Source: Geosiphon pyriformis uo1 (Eukaryota > Fungi > Glomeromycota). From it: DNA of 64,000 nucleotides. The notes beneath the pieces are model-generated. The model was not told the DNA's origin. It saw only the letters and a program-made list of their open reading frames with translations, and ran no database searches. How positions within the stretch are numbered: position 1 is the stretch's first letter; the number at the start of each line of letters is the position of its first letter. Location: positions 222,351 through 286,350 of the forward strand of contig JAAOMT010000723.1 in the NCBI GenBank assembly GCA_016748015.1, given 5' to 3'. Positions 23,663-35,300 of this stretch are shown here, piece by piece. Position numbers and translations under genes: made by a program.

Positions 23663-26600
23663 TTGGTGCTCTCCCACGGAAATAACACAGCAACAAAATT
23701 CAAAGTGGCAACTGCCTTAGACATCACAACCTTAGAGTACTATCAATCGATTTATACACACTGCAAACAACAATTTGAAATATGTGACGGAATCATAGCT
23801 TTCAAGAAAACACTTTTTCAATACATCAAAAATCGAATCAACAACTATCTCTTTGGGAACTATAACATTACAACAGTTAAAAGAGATCTTCTTGAAAATA
23901 TACTACACTATTCCAACACCAAATTAAAAAACATTAGTACTGAAGCTTACACTACTTATTTTGAGGAACTCGATTATAATATTATTCGATTCTGTGAAGA
24001 AAAATATCTTGCAAACACACAATTTGCCTTTGAACTCAAATCTGAACCTGAAACCAGTAGCAACAAAAGACAAAAAGATAACCAACCTGTTCACACAACA
24101 CCCAATACTCCCAAAATACCATTCAAACATTTACAAACACCTGAACAAGGAACCAGCTCAAAACTTCCACTTACTATCACACCTTTTTCAGCTTCACTTG
24201 CACAAGCCCAAACACCTAATTTACCCTTGAATTGATTTACAAGACCAGAAGATTTTACATCACTCAGAAGCCCCACCAGACAACAAGAACCTCTTCAAAC
24301 TAGTTTCAATTTCCTTGATTTTCTAGTTGAAAACCAAAGTGAACACTTTGAGACAGCAGCAAATGAAGAAAACAACTCTGAAATAACCGAAAAAAAATCA
24401 ATAGACAGTGAAAACAAAGAAAACAAAATGACAATATACATTGCAAAAATCCCTGAATTCAATGGAAAAGATATTAAGACCAGTCCCCAAGAATGGCTCG
24501 ACCAAGTTACTAAAGCTGGAGATGCAAATAGATGGAATGCTGCCAAAATGTTAAGAACAATTCCCTACTTTCTCAAAGGAACAGCAGGAGAATGGTTTGA
24601 AAATCTTGTCACCCCATTCAATGATTGGAACGCTTTCAAAGCAGCCTTCCTTGAACAATTCACTGACAATAATATCTCCATCACTCTTCGCAATCGTTTT
24701 TGAAATATCAAACAAGAACCCTCCGAATCCGTTATGACTTATATTGGAAAATTCAACAAACTTCTCAGATGGATTTGCCAACTCGAGACAAACGATTATT
24801 ATTCTGATGCTTAAATCTTGGATCAATTTATCGCTGGTCTAAAAGATAAACTAATTAAAAAAGTTTGTCCACACATGCCAGAAGATTTAAACTCTGCCAT
24901 ACAGCATGCAAAAAGATACAAAATGGCCATGGAAGAGGCCAATTGTACAAAACTTGTAAATTTGGCAATTAGAGAAACCAGTTCAGTAGCTGAGAAAAAA
25001 ATTGACCAACTCACAAAGAAGGTCGAAAACTATTTTACCAACTAACAACAACAACAACCACAAAGATATCAACCACCCCAAAAATGAAATCAAAATAACT
25101 TTGCACCACTTTCCAATAACCAGCCCCAGAATTGCCATTACTGTGGAATCTCTGGCCACTGGAAAAAAGATTGCAAAAAGCTACAACGAGACCAACAAAA
25201 CAGGAGTAATCAATGTTACTCTCCACCACAGCAATTTTATTATCAACCATCACTACCAGCTTACTATCCACCAAGATCCTAATACCAAAATAACTATTAT
25301 CAGCCTGCCCCACAACTAATCCAACAGCAATACCAACAACCATCCACACAACATTATCAAGTACCTACTCGAAGACCGATTACACAAAATCAATTCACAC
25401 CACAAAACCGATACCAAGTAAACAACAATAGAATCAGTTTGAACAACCAATTGGTTCCCCGAAATTCTACTCAACCAAGACCCAACCACTACCACACTCA
25501 ACCCAGTTATTTAACAATGCCAGAAGAACAGGATTTTCACCATACTACACTTTTGGAAGGTAGAGCTGCAGCACAACAACAACAAAACTCTTCTCATAAT
25601 CACACCACTATTCCACCAGCCCGAATTGCTGAAAATACCAATCTCTCTGATATCTTTCCTTTTGAATTTGAAGCAAATGAATCACCATTCTTGCTTAGCA
25701 ATACAGTGACTAATGAGCAAAAAGCCATTACTGCAATGTACACAGAAGCTGAAGTAGAAGGAAAGCCAATTCGCTTGATCCTAGACAGTGGATCTGCCAG
25801 AAGCATTATCACCTACCAGTTAATACAACAGTTGAAAAAAAATGTCGACCGACCAGCTCAAACAGTAATTGTCACTGCCGATAGCATGAAAAAGACACCA
25901 GTAGGAGAAATTGACAATTTTCCATTCACTCTTGATGGAATCACCATTCCAGTCAAAGTTCTTGTAATAAACGCACTCCAGTACCAAGCTCTTATCCGAA
26001 ATAATTGGCTTCAAAAAGCCAATGCTAATCTGAATTGGGAAACACAAGAGTTAACAATCTCCTATCAAGGACAACATGCCCGGGTACCTGCCATTTGTGG
26101 TACATTCAACAAATACTCTGAAAAAGCCCCGGCTTTTGAATTTGAACCAGAAGAAGAAAAACTAATAATCGAAACATTTATGGCTCTTGGATTAATGTCC
26201 AACTGGGCCAATGAAACAGAACAAGAACATTTTACTCCACACACTAAACCCAAAACCTCTGGATGGAATATACCTTACTCGAAACCCGAACCAAAGAAAC
26301 GATGCCCCTATATTCCCCTTAAATGTAAGGACTGCCACAAGAAACTATTGTCAATGGGAGCCTGCATTTCACCTGAAGAAGAATATGAGAATCATACTTG
26401 TTATTACTGCAAAGCTTGTCACAGAGAGCGATGGGACCATCTAATAAAAAGGAGCAGAAAATGGGACAACACTCCTTGTTTGACTTGTGAAGATATGCTA
26501 CCAGAAGAATACAATTGGATTGATATAGCAATAAGAGGAGGCGTCTGCGATCAGACCTGCCAATATGCTTTATTAATTTCAGAAAAAGTAAAAAGAGGAG

Positions 26601-29104
26601 CACCCTTTAATGCAGCATACAACAGTGCTCTCAACAAACTTTATCACTACTCTCATGATGCCAAGATGATTTTTGACTTAGCAATGACATTAATTAATGG
26701 AGCTACCAAAGAAGATGTTCATCAAATGAAGGAAGCAGAATACATTGAATACACTATAGAATTAGCTAGATTCGATTACGAAAATGAAGTAGAAGTCTAC
26801 CACCAAATTGCAAGTCACACCTACCTGATCCAAGAAGCTCAAATTCAACAATTAGAGCAAATAAACATTAGGTTATGTGAAGAATGCATTATGCCTTGCG
26901 ATGAACAGTGGTGTCCTAAATGCTATGCTCTTAGTATTCCCTTGCCCAGCAAAAATGATGAGAATGAAATTGAATTTGGAGAACCTGAAGAAATGGAAGA
27001 AATTGAAACAACACTCATCTACCTTATCAAAAATCAGCTTGCCTTACAACTTAAATACTTCAACAACAATGGACAAGGAATAAAACCCGAAAAAGCACAC
27101 AAAATTGATGCTGGATATGACCTAAGATATCCAGGCAAGGATACTCTTGTTCTCAAACCCAAATCTTTTACAAAAATCAATCTTAAAATTGCACTCGAAA
27201 TCCTGCCAGGAGCAATGGTTCAAATTGCCTCCTGGTCCTCTCTGGCAAGCAAAAGAATCAATGTTAGAGAAGGAATAATCGATGCTGGATATACTGGAAA
27301 CATAACAGTGATGCTTCAAAATGAAATTGACAAACCAATTACCATCTCACTTTTTGGAGAACATCCAGAAATCTACATCTGCCCAAAGCCAACAACCACA
27401 CAACAAATTTTTGAGTCCAATAAGCAAGTCTGCTTGGAACATAATATTTTGATTCCAAACATTTATATTCTAAAAGGAACAAAGAAAGTCCGAATCACTT
27501 TTTACAACCCCAATAATTACCCCATAATTTTATTAAATAATTTAGAAATTGGAGTTATTCACAGTAATATATTTCAACAAGAATTACCCCAAATAGTTCC
27601 TGATTTTTCTGAAATTATTGGACATTCAATACCAAAAACCAACCCAAACCTCAGCTCCAAAAACTACCATGTTGTCATGGAAAAACTATCTCGAATCAAC
27701 ATGGGACAACTTGAACCACAACAACAGATCCAGCTCAAAGAGCTAATTGCAGAATTTGCTGACATCTTTGCTGAAAACAACAATGACTTAGGAAGAACTG
27801 ATTTGGTTCAACACCAAATCTATACAGGAGATGCCAAACCAAGGCGACAACAAGCCTACTAAGTTGTCCCAGAAAGTCACCAATTTATCCGAGAAGAAGT
27901 ACAATAGATGCTTAACAATGGGCTTATTCAACCATCAATGAGCCCATGGGTCTCACCTGTGGTCCTAATTAAAAAGAAAAATGGGAAGATACAATTTTGT
28001 GTTGATTACCGACAACTCAACAGTGTCACCATTGGGGATGTCTACCCTCTTCCCCGAATTGATGACATGTTGGATGCCCTTGGAAAGTCCAAATACTTTT
28101 CAACATTAGATTTAGAAAGTGGATACTGGCAAGTTGCTATGGACCCCAAAGACCACCTCAAAACAGCATTCACCACTCAAGGAGGAAATTACAAGTTCAA
28201 TGTAATGCCTTTCGGATTATGCAATGCACCAGCAACATTCCAAAGACTCATGGATGTTGTTTACAAAGGCCTCCTTTGGAAATCAGTAGTAGTTTATCTT
28301 GATGACACTGATGTTTATTCACCATCTTTCTAGCTACATTTAATTCACCTGCGAGAAGTTTTTCAACGATTACGGAAAGCAGGATTGAAACTGAACATTG
28401 AAAAATGCTACTTTGGAAAAACAAGTTTAGCTTTTCTTGGTCACATTGTTAGCAAAGATGGAATTAAACCAGACCCCAAAAAAATCAGTACTGTCAAAAA
28501 CTTCAAGACTCCACAAAATACCACAGAATTAAGAGGATTTATTGGATTAGCATCCTATTACCGAAAATTCATCAAAGGATTCTCAGAAATTGCAAAACCC
28601 CTCAACCAGCTCACTACTAAAAATGTCAAATACAAATGGACAGAAGAACACCAAAATGCCTTCGAGATACTTAAGGAAAAACTCACAACAGTTCCAATCC
28701 TCGCCTACCCAGACTTCAGCAACTGATTTCGGTTAGCAACTGACGCCTCTTATACTGCCTTTGGTGCCATCCTATCACAGTTAGATGACAATGGAAATGA
28801 GCGAGTAATTGCTTATGCTAGTAGAACATTAAAGCCAGCCGAAAAGAACTATCCCACAACAGAATTAGAAACCACAACAGTAATCTGGGCCCTACATCAC
28901 TTCAACCTTTATCTCAGACCCAAAAAATTCGATATTATCACTGATAATATTGGACTTAAATGGCTTCAAAACAAAAACACCCAGCTGAATGCAAAACAAA
29001 CCCGATGGACAATATTTTTAGCTAATTACTGATACATTGTACACCACAAACCAGGAAAACTCCACACCAATGTTGATTGTCTCTCAAGAATAAGGCAAGA
29101 TTAG
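23663..29104 (+). pseudogene. Gypsy-2 gag-PR-(Zn fingers)-dUTPase-RT-RNase H polyprotein, a single frame interrupted only by point stops
   Basis: ORF-track pieces at 23663, 24428, 24818, 25439, 27908 and 28385 share one frame. Zinc knuckle CHYCGISGHWKKDC (25133-25174), protease LDSGS (about 25781), RT YLDD (28295-28306), ends ..DCLSRIRQD-TAG. Confidence 0.93.
23664..23681 (+). promoter_or_regulatory. Gypsy-2 primer-binding site (non-initiator tRNA ending ...GGAGAGCA-CCA)
   Basis: TGGTGCTCTCCCACGGAA lies 2 nt after the LTR and starts with TGG, complementary to the tRNA CCA end. Confidence 0.85.
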
Positions 29105-29153
29105 AAAACAAAACCAACACCCATTTGAATTAACAGCATCAAAACAACAAACA

Positions 29154-30489
29154 ATGAACCCCAAAAACTACAACAATCTCAAACAATATTTAGAGACATT
29201 AACAATCCCAACAGATTGGTCCCCAGACGAAAAACATTAGTTACAACAACAAGCCAAACAATATTTTCTACACAACAACATTATCTATCATCGAAATTTC
29301 AAAAACCCAACCAAACCACTCAGATTAATACAAGAACAAGAAAAAGAGACCATTTTATACAATATGTACTCAGATTCTTCATCAGCACACTTCGGAAAAG
29401 ATAGCACCACCCAAAGAAACACTAGAATACTACTTTTGGCCTTGAATAAAAAAAGACATTCATGAATATGTCGAATCTTGTGATAGTTGTCAAAGAAGAG
29501 GAGGAACTTGCCCTACTGAACCTTTAAATTCAATCAAAATTGGACAGCCTTTTGACAGAGTCGGCATTGATTTAGTCGGACCACTATCTATCACTACCCA
29601 AGGAAACTGTTATATTGCAGTAGCTGTAGACTACCTTACTAAATGGCCTGAAGCCAGAGCCATTCAACAAATAGATGCAAAATCAGTAGCAAATTTCATC
29701 TACGAAGACATCATTTGTAGACATAGATGTCCAATTGAGCTTTTATCCGATCAGGGAACACACTTTGTGAACAACCTGATACAAGAAATTTGTGAATGAT
29801 TCAATGTCAAAAGATCTCTGTCTTTGTCCTACCATCCACAAACAAACAGACTTGTGGAATGTTTTAACAGAACATTGTGTGAGTCATTAGCCAAAGTCTC
29901 AACCGATTTTGAGCAAGAATGGGATCTCTTTATTCCATCAGTGTTACTAGCATATAGGACATTAAAACAAGATACCACGAAACACACACCATTTGATTTA
30001 ACTTATGGAAGGACAGCAACGTTACCAATTAGTTTCACAGTGGAAACATACCCAGCACAACTGATCGATGAAAACAATTTCCAAGAAACACTTCAGCAAA
30101 GAGCCTATACTCTGCTTAGCACATTGGAAGGAAAACGACAAATAGCAGCCACCCATATTGAACACTCTCAAGCTCAACAAAAAGAACGGCATGATGACAA
30201 ATTGCCTTCAGTTACCAATAAATTCGAAATTAGAAACAAAGTTCTCTTACACAAAACTAAAGCTGAAAAACAATGGAGTAGAAAATTTGAAAATAAATGG
30301 GATAGACCATTCTTTATCCATGAAGTCCTAGGCAATGGATCATACAAGCTAAGACTCGATGACAAAATCCTAGCAAAAGTTGTACATGGAGATCGTTTGA
30401 AACACTATTATTCCAGAAACAATCCTGAACTATTAATTCCACGAATTGGTACACATTCCCCTTTGGTCAGTCCTGAAGATATTCTATGA
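29154..30489 (+). pseudogene. Gypsy-2 integrase, separate ORF (one frameshift near 29415, several stops)
   Basis: Starts MNPKNYNNL at its own ATG. HFG..CDSCQ, VGIDLVGP, SDQGTHF, YHPQTNxLVE and GPY/F region. No chromodomain seen. Confidence 0.9.
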
Positions 30490-30656
30490 AACTTAGAACC
30501 AATAGTTGTCATTGAACAACCTTCCAACCTGAATACTTAATTTAATTTTACTAGTTATTTTTTTATAATTTAGAAACAATCTCACAAAAACAAAACAAAA
30601 ATAACATAAAAACCCATACACCAAAAATAATTTTCTTTTATTTCAAATCGCTTATA

Positions 30657-31376
30657 ATGACTATTCCTCAAAACATTCAACAATTATCCCAAAAACTAAT
30701 GTTAGCTTTAAAAACAATACCCAAATTATCTATTACTGTTACTGGAAACCACATTAATTATACCCAAACAGAAGTAGTTACAAATTTAGCCCTAAACTCA
30801 TGAAAATATTACCCATATAAGAAGAACACCAGAAGTTATACTGGAATTCACCTGCCAGAACTTTTAAAGCTTGCTTTAAGAGAAAACCTAATGCTCACTT
30901 CAATTAGTATTCCACCAAATGCTACAAGTCAACAAAGACTTCAATTGTGTCTTAATGAGGAAAACACTGAATATCCTCCAATCTAATGATATTTTCACAT
31001 TGGAAAAACACTCTACGAACGGAAACTGGAACTTACAACAGCAAACCTCACAAAAGAAGCTATTCAAAAACAACTCCACCATGAATTCAAGACAACAGCT
31101 GGACCAACAAACAGTCGCTACAAGCTCAGAGCTGCTCTTAGACTTTATGACCTATTCCACACCTGTGAAAACGTACTGCAAAACCCAATTTTTCAACCTT
31201 TGAAGATTCAATATATTGGAAAGCTCACAGAACTGAAATTTCAACAATTTTCAGACCAAATTTCTTCAATAATTTTGGATTATTATCTGGAAATAACAGA
31301 CAGTACTTGGACTTCGACAGAGCTCAGTCTTGAGGAGGAGGTTATGTTATTAGACAAAATTAGAGATATTATTTAG
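30657..31376 (+). pseudogene. Gypsy-2 ORF3 (239 codons, internal stops)
   Basis: Colinear with 6674-7393. Stops at about 30801 and 30984-30989. Confidence 0.82.
31332..31341 (+). promoter_or_regulatory. Gypsy-2 polypurine tract
   Basis: GAGGAGGAGG, 3 nt upstream of the 3' LTR. Confidence 0.85.
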
Positions 31377-32324
31377 CATGAAATTATCTTATAATTCCTA
31401 TTATTAGCATATGTTATCATTTCAAATGATCACTTATTACATTAGCAAAAATGTCCGAAATTATCATTTAATCAATAACCCAAATTGTACACAACACAAA
31501 TGTAATCTAATTGTGATGATCAAGCATGTAATACCCCGAACTATGTAACATTCAAAAGTTTGCCGAAATTTGTAGAAATTCGCTGAAATAATTGATAGTT
31601 CACCGAAATATCTAATAGTTTGCCGAAATAACTTGTAATTCGCCGAAATGTATCTTTAGTTCAGCAAAATTGTAGAAAATAGTAAAGTTCAAGTTCATAG
31701 AATAGTGTTACAACAAGTTGTATAAAAGAAGAGCATTTCTCTTTGAGAAAATGTATCTTACTTTAGATTTATCACTTAGAACCATTCCTACACACACACA
31801 AAAAGAAATAAATATTAAATAATTTGAAAAACCAAATTCTTTAATTATTGTACTTGGAAAATTCCCAAAACTCAACTAACATTTCGAAATTGATTAGCTA
31901 CCAATTTCAGTAAACTGTTAGTGACTCCAGGCCTGAATAGAAAACGTTTCTCTTGACAAAATTCTATTTCTGTTACATTTCTTTTATTTTCTTTTATTTT
32001 TTTTATTACAATCATTAGGGTAGCCTACAGACGAGATTCCTGTAGAAGAGTTGACTTTCACAGCAAAGTAACTACACATTTTTAGTGAGCTTCCAGACGA
32101 GCAATTCCTGGGAAAGAGTTGACGTTTACTACAACATAACTACATAAAGCAACTGGCACGGAATTGGCCATTCCACTCATAAGCCCAGCAAGTTCAAATT
32201 ATAGGAGATAATTTAAAGTTAAAAATTCAGTTACTGGAGGTTCAACCATATCCAGAAAACGTGAATTCACAGCAAATAAGTATTAACAACATTACAGAAA
32301 AGAGACCAAAAACCTCCGGTAACA
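31345..32324 (+). repeat. Gypsy-2 3' LTR (980 bp)
   Basis: Near-identical to 22683-23661. Starts TGTTATTAGA (mutated) and ends CTCCGGTAACA. Confidence 0.95.
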
Positions 32325-35300
32325 TTGTGTAATCATACCTAACCTGACCATCTGCATGCCATATGTCAAAAGTATGATGCTTGTCTATCAGACTGCTAAG
32401 AGATTCATTAACCATGCCACTCACGTACTTGAATTCCCACCCAACAAGATTGACAGCTTCATAAAGTTTTCTGGCCATATGATGAGCATTGCCAGAAAGA
32501 GGTCTGTCTTTTATGCTAAGAAAGTGGTGTGACATTTTAACAGAAAAAACGAAACTAGAACCAGTAATAGCACCAGCAAAAAAGTCAGCACGCTCGTTGC
32601 CAATAACACCAACATAGTCTTTCATCTTATTTCATGTAACTGAAAGATTTTTTGACAAAATAGTTTTACAAATAAACTCACATTCTATTCAGCATTTTCT
32701 TCTGAAGTCCAGTTTGGTGTTTTCTAAGGTTGTTGCACATAAGTCTAATAAAGCCTAACTATCAGTAAACAACACTACTGAGCTATGACTAGGGACACAA
32801 TTCAAGGCCAGAGTGATTGCCTGCATTTCTGCAAGCATTGAAGACAATAAACCAGGAATTCTAATACTAACACCAATGTCAGCACTAGGAAAATAAGCAG
32901 CAGTGCCACCACTAACACCAAAGGAACCAAAATCTTTAACTAAACTGTCAGTATAAATAGGTATAACATTAGAATCCACTTGTCTTAGACAATCCCTAAT
33001 ATAACCAGTGTTGTATAAGAAAAATTTGAAAGAGAGAAGATATGACAAATTGCTACCACCAACCAGACCACCAGACTCAATAAATTCTACAAGAGAAACA
33101 AACCAACCAGAAGTTGGTCCCCTAAGATCCAATCTTTTCCATCTATGAAATGTATTCTATGTAAAACACCTGTCTCAACAGTCCAACAGCTGGTTCACAT
33201 AGATTATCCCAAACCTTCTTAGTAAATCTACTATCTTTATGTAAACATCCAGTCCAAAGACATCAGCAGCAGCAACTCCACTGCTCACATGAAACATGTT
33301 AGTCGCACTACTTCCTAAGAACAGGCTACAAAATGAAAGTGTGTTCATTATGCCAGCTAAAAACAATTCTCAGAATTGCCCAGGAGCATTATCGGAAAAT
33401 TGAGAGGGTTTTGGGGCAGCCAACTAACAGTCTGCAGATCTATCGCACAGTGTTTGAACAAATCACCAAGTATGCCCACAGAATTGGCAAAAGACACAAA
33501 ATTGGCCAGTGAATTTTTGGCTAGAAGCTGCCTGAAAGGCACCATGTTATATAAACCTGGGTAATAAAAAGCCTCTGTGAGGAAATTTTTAGGCAGGTTA
33601 GCCTTGAGTTTTAGACCTTTTCTTAACAACTTGTCCCATTTTTCATACACACTAATAGGAACATGACTAAATTGGAGTCTATAACTAATGATAGACTGTA
33701 AAACAACAGAAACCAGATACAGAAATTGTTTATCAGAAACCACTTTCCTCAAAACCAAGTTTGTAAAAAACTTCAAGTCCAAATGTGCCTTAACAATACT
33801 AGGGTGAGAAAGTCTCTCAGTTGACAAAAAAATGTCTAAGTATCTATAAGTCTCACATTTTTTTGCTATTGTAATGTTTGACTTACTAATTACCAGCCGA
33901 GAATTGGCAACTCTTTTGTTGATTGGTATAGCCACTGTCTTATTCACATTGATTAAAATGTCATTGACACAAAAAAACTCACTAGCAATATTTAAAATAC
34001 TCTGAATAGCAATCAAACTGTTTCTAATCCAAATTATATCATCCACAAAGGCTCCAGCAGCCATAAAAGACATCTTGCTAAACCCAAAATTTGGTTTGCC
34101 AATGCATGTAAAGAACCTAAATTCTATCCTATAGCCATATGCATATTCAAATTTTTTGATCTCACAAAGCAAAGGATCATAAAAGATTCTCTACAGTAAT
34201 GGAGAGAAAACTTCTCCCTGGTCAAGTTTATCATGAACTGTGTACCCTGATGTCAACTCAAAATCTGTCATAACACAGTTTACCTGACCATTGTGAATAT
34301 TTTTAAAAAACTTAACAAAACAAGAACACATTTTGATCTTGTTCAGACTATTCTTCAAGTGATGCCATCCAATGAAGTTATATGCTTTTTACATATCCTG
34401 CAGCACTAACCACACTTTTCTGCCCTTTTCCAAAGCATCTTTAACCACTGAGCCAACAGCAAAAATCAGAGAAAGAGTAGATGTGCCCTTTAAGACTGAG
34501 AAGTTGTCACCCTAAAGAACATTAAATTTGCTATATGCTAAAGAGATTCTATCTGAGAGCAGCTTAGATAGTACTTTGTAAGCAGTCTCGATCAGAGCAA
34601 TAGGTCTTATGTTGGTCAAAGTACCTTTCCATTCATATGGTTTGGGTATTATGGAGACCCAGGCCCTCTTCTATAGTGTAAGAACCATTGTCAAAGTTAA
34701 ACACATGTTGCAAATTTCCAATAAACCACTCAAAACTCTCTTGTTATAATGTTTCCACAGTTCATTGGTTATATCAGAAAGCCCAGCTGCTTTGCCATCC
34801 AGTAGGTCATTGACCACTACCAGCAACTCATCCAAACTGAAATCGCTCATAATACCCATAAAGGCACTAGAGTCAACATAAGCTAAGGGAGCATATTGAG
34901 TTGACCAGTAGTCTGACAAAACTTTGGACACCATACATTTTTTCATCTATCTTTTCATAATCATATCAATATTTGACTTGACATCATGAGGATCTAGGAT
35001 CAAATTATCATCTACTATCAGATGGTCGAGCACTACTTTTCGAACTGGCTGGTCTAACACACTTCGAATTATGCACCCTTTATCAGAGCTAAAGTTCTTT
35101 ATATGTTTGTCAATTGCTTTTCTGATGAAGTTATCTCTTGCCATTCTGGATTCATAATACTTAGATTTGTGGTATTTTTTCCTTACACCTGCCAGGTGCT
35201 GAAGAGCTACTTTGGTCCCAATATTATTATTAATTAGGGTTTCGAACTCAGAAGCTTCTGTCTTATCAAAACTAGACCAAGTGTGTAAAAAGTGAGCAAA

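Larger units (their letters stand above)
22683..32324 (+). mobile_element. Gypsy-2: full-length Ty3/Gypsy LTR retrotransposon, same family as Gypsy-1, decayed
   Basis: LTRs at 22683-23661 and 31345-32324, PBS, PPT, gag-pol, IN and ORF3. Confidence 0.96.

Noticed and set aside
30300-30489. Chromodomain at the integrase C-terminus
   Set aside because: The ORF ends shortly after the GPY/F region, with no chromodomain aromatic-cage pattern visible.
5725-32324. A single large inverted segmental duplication
   Set aside because: The host LINEs are diverged, the insertion sites differ, and each element's LTR pair shares private indels, so these are independent insertions.
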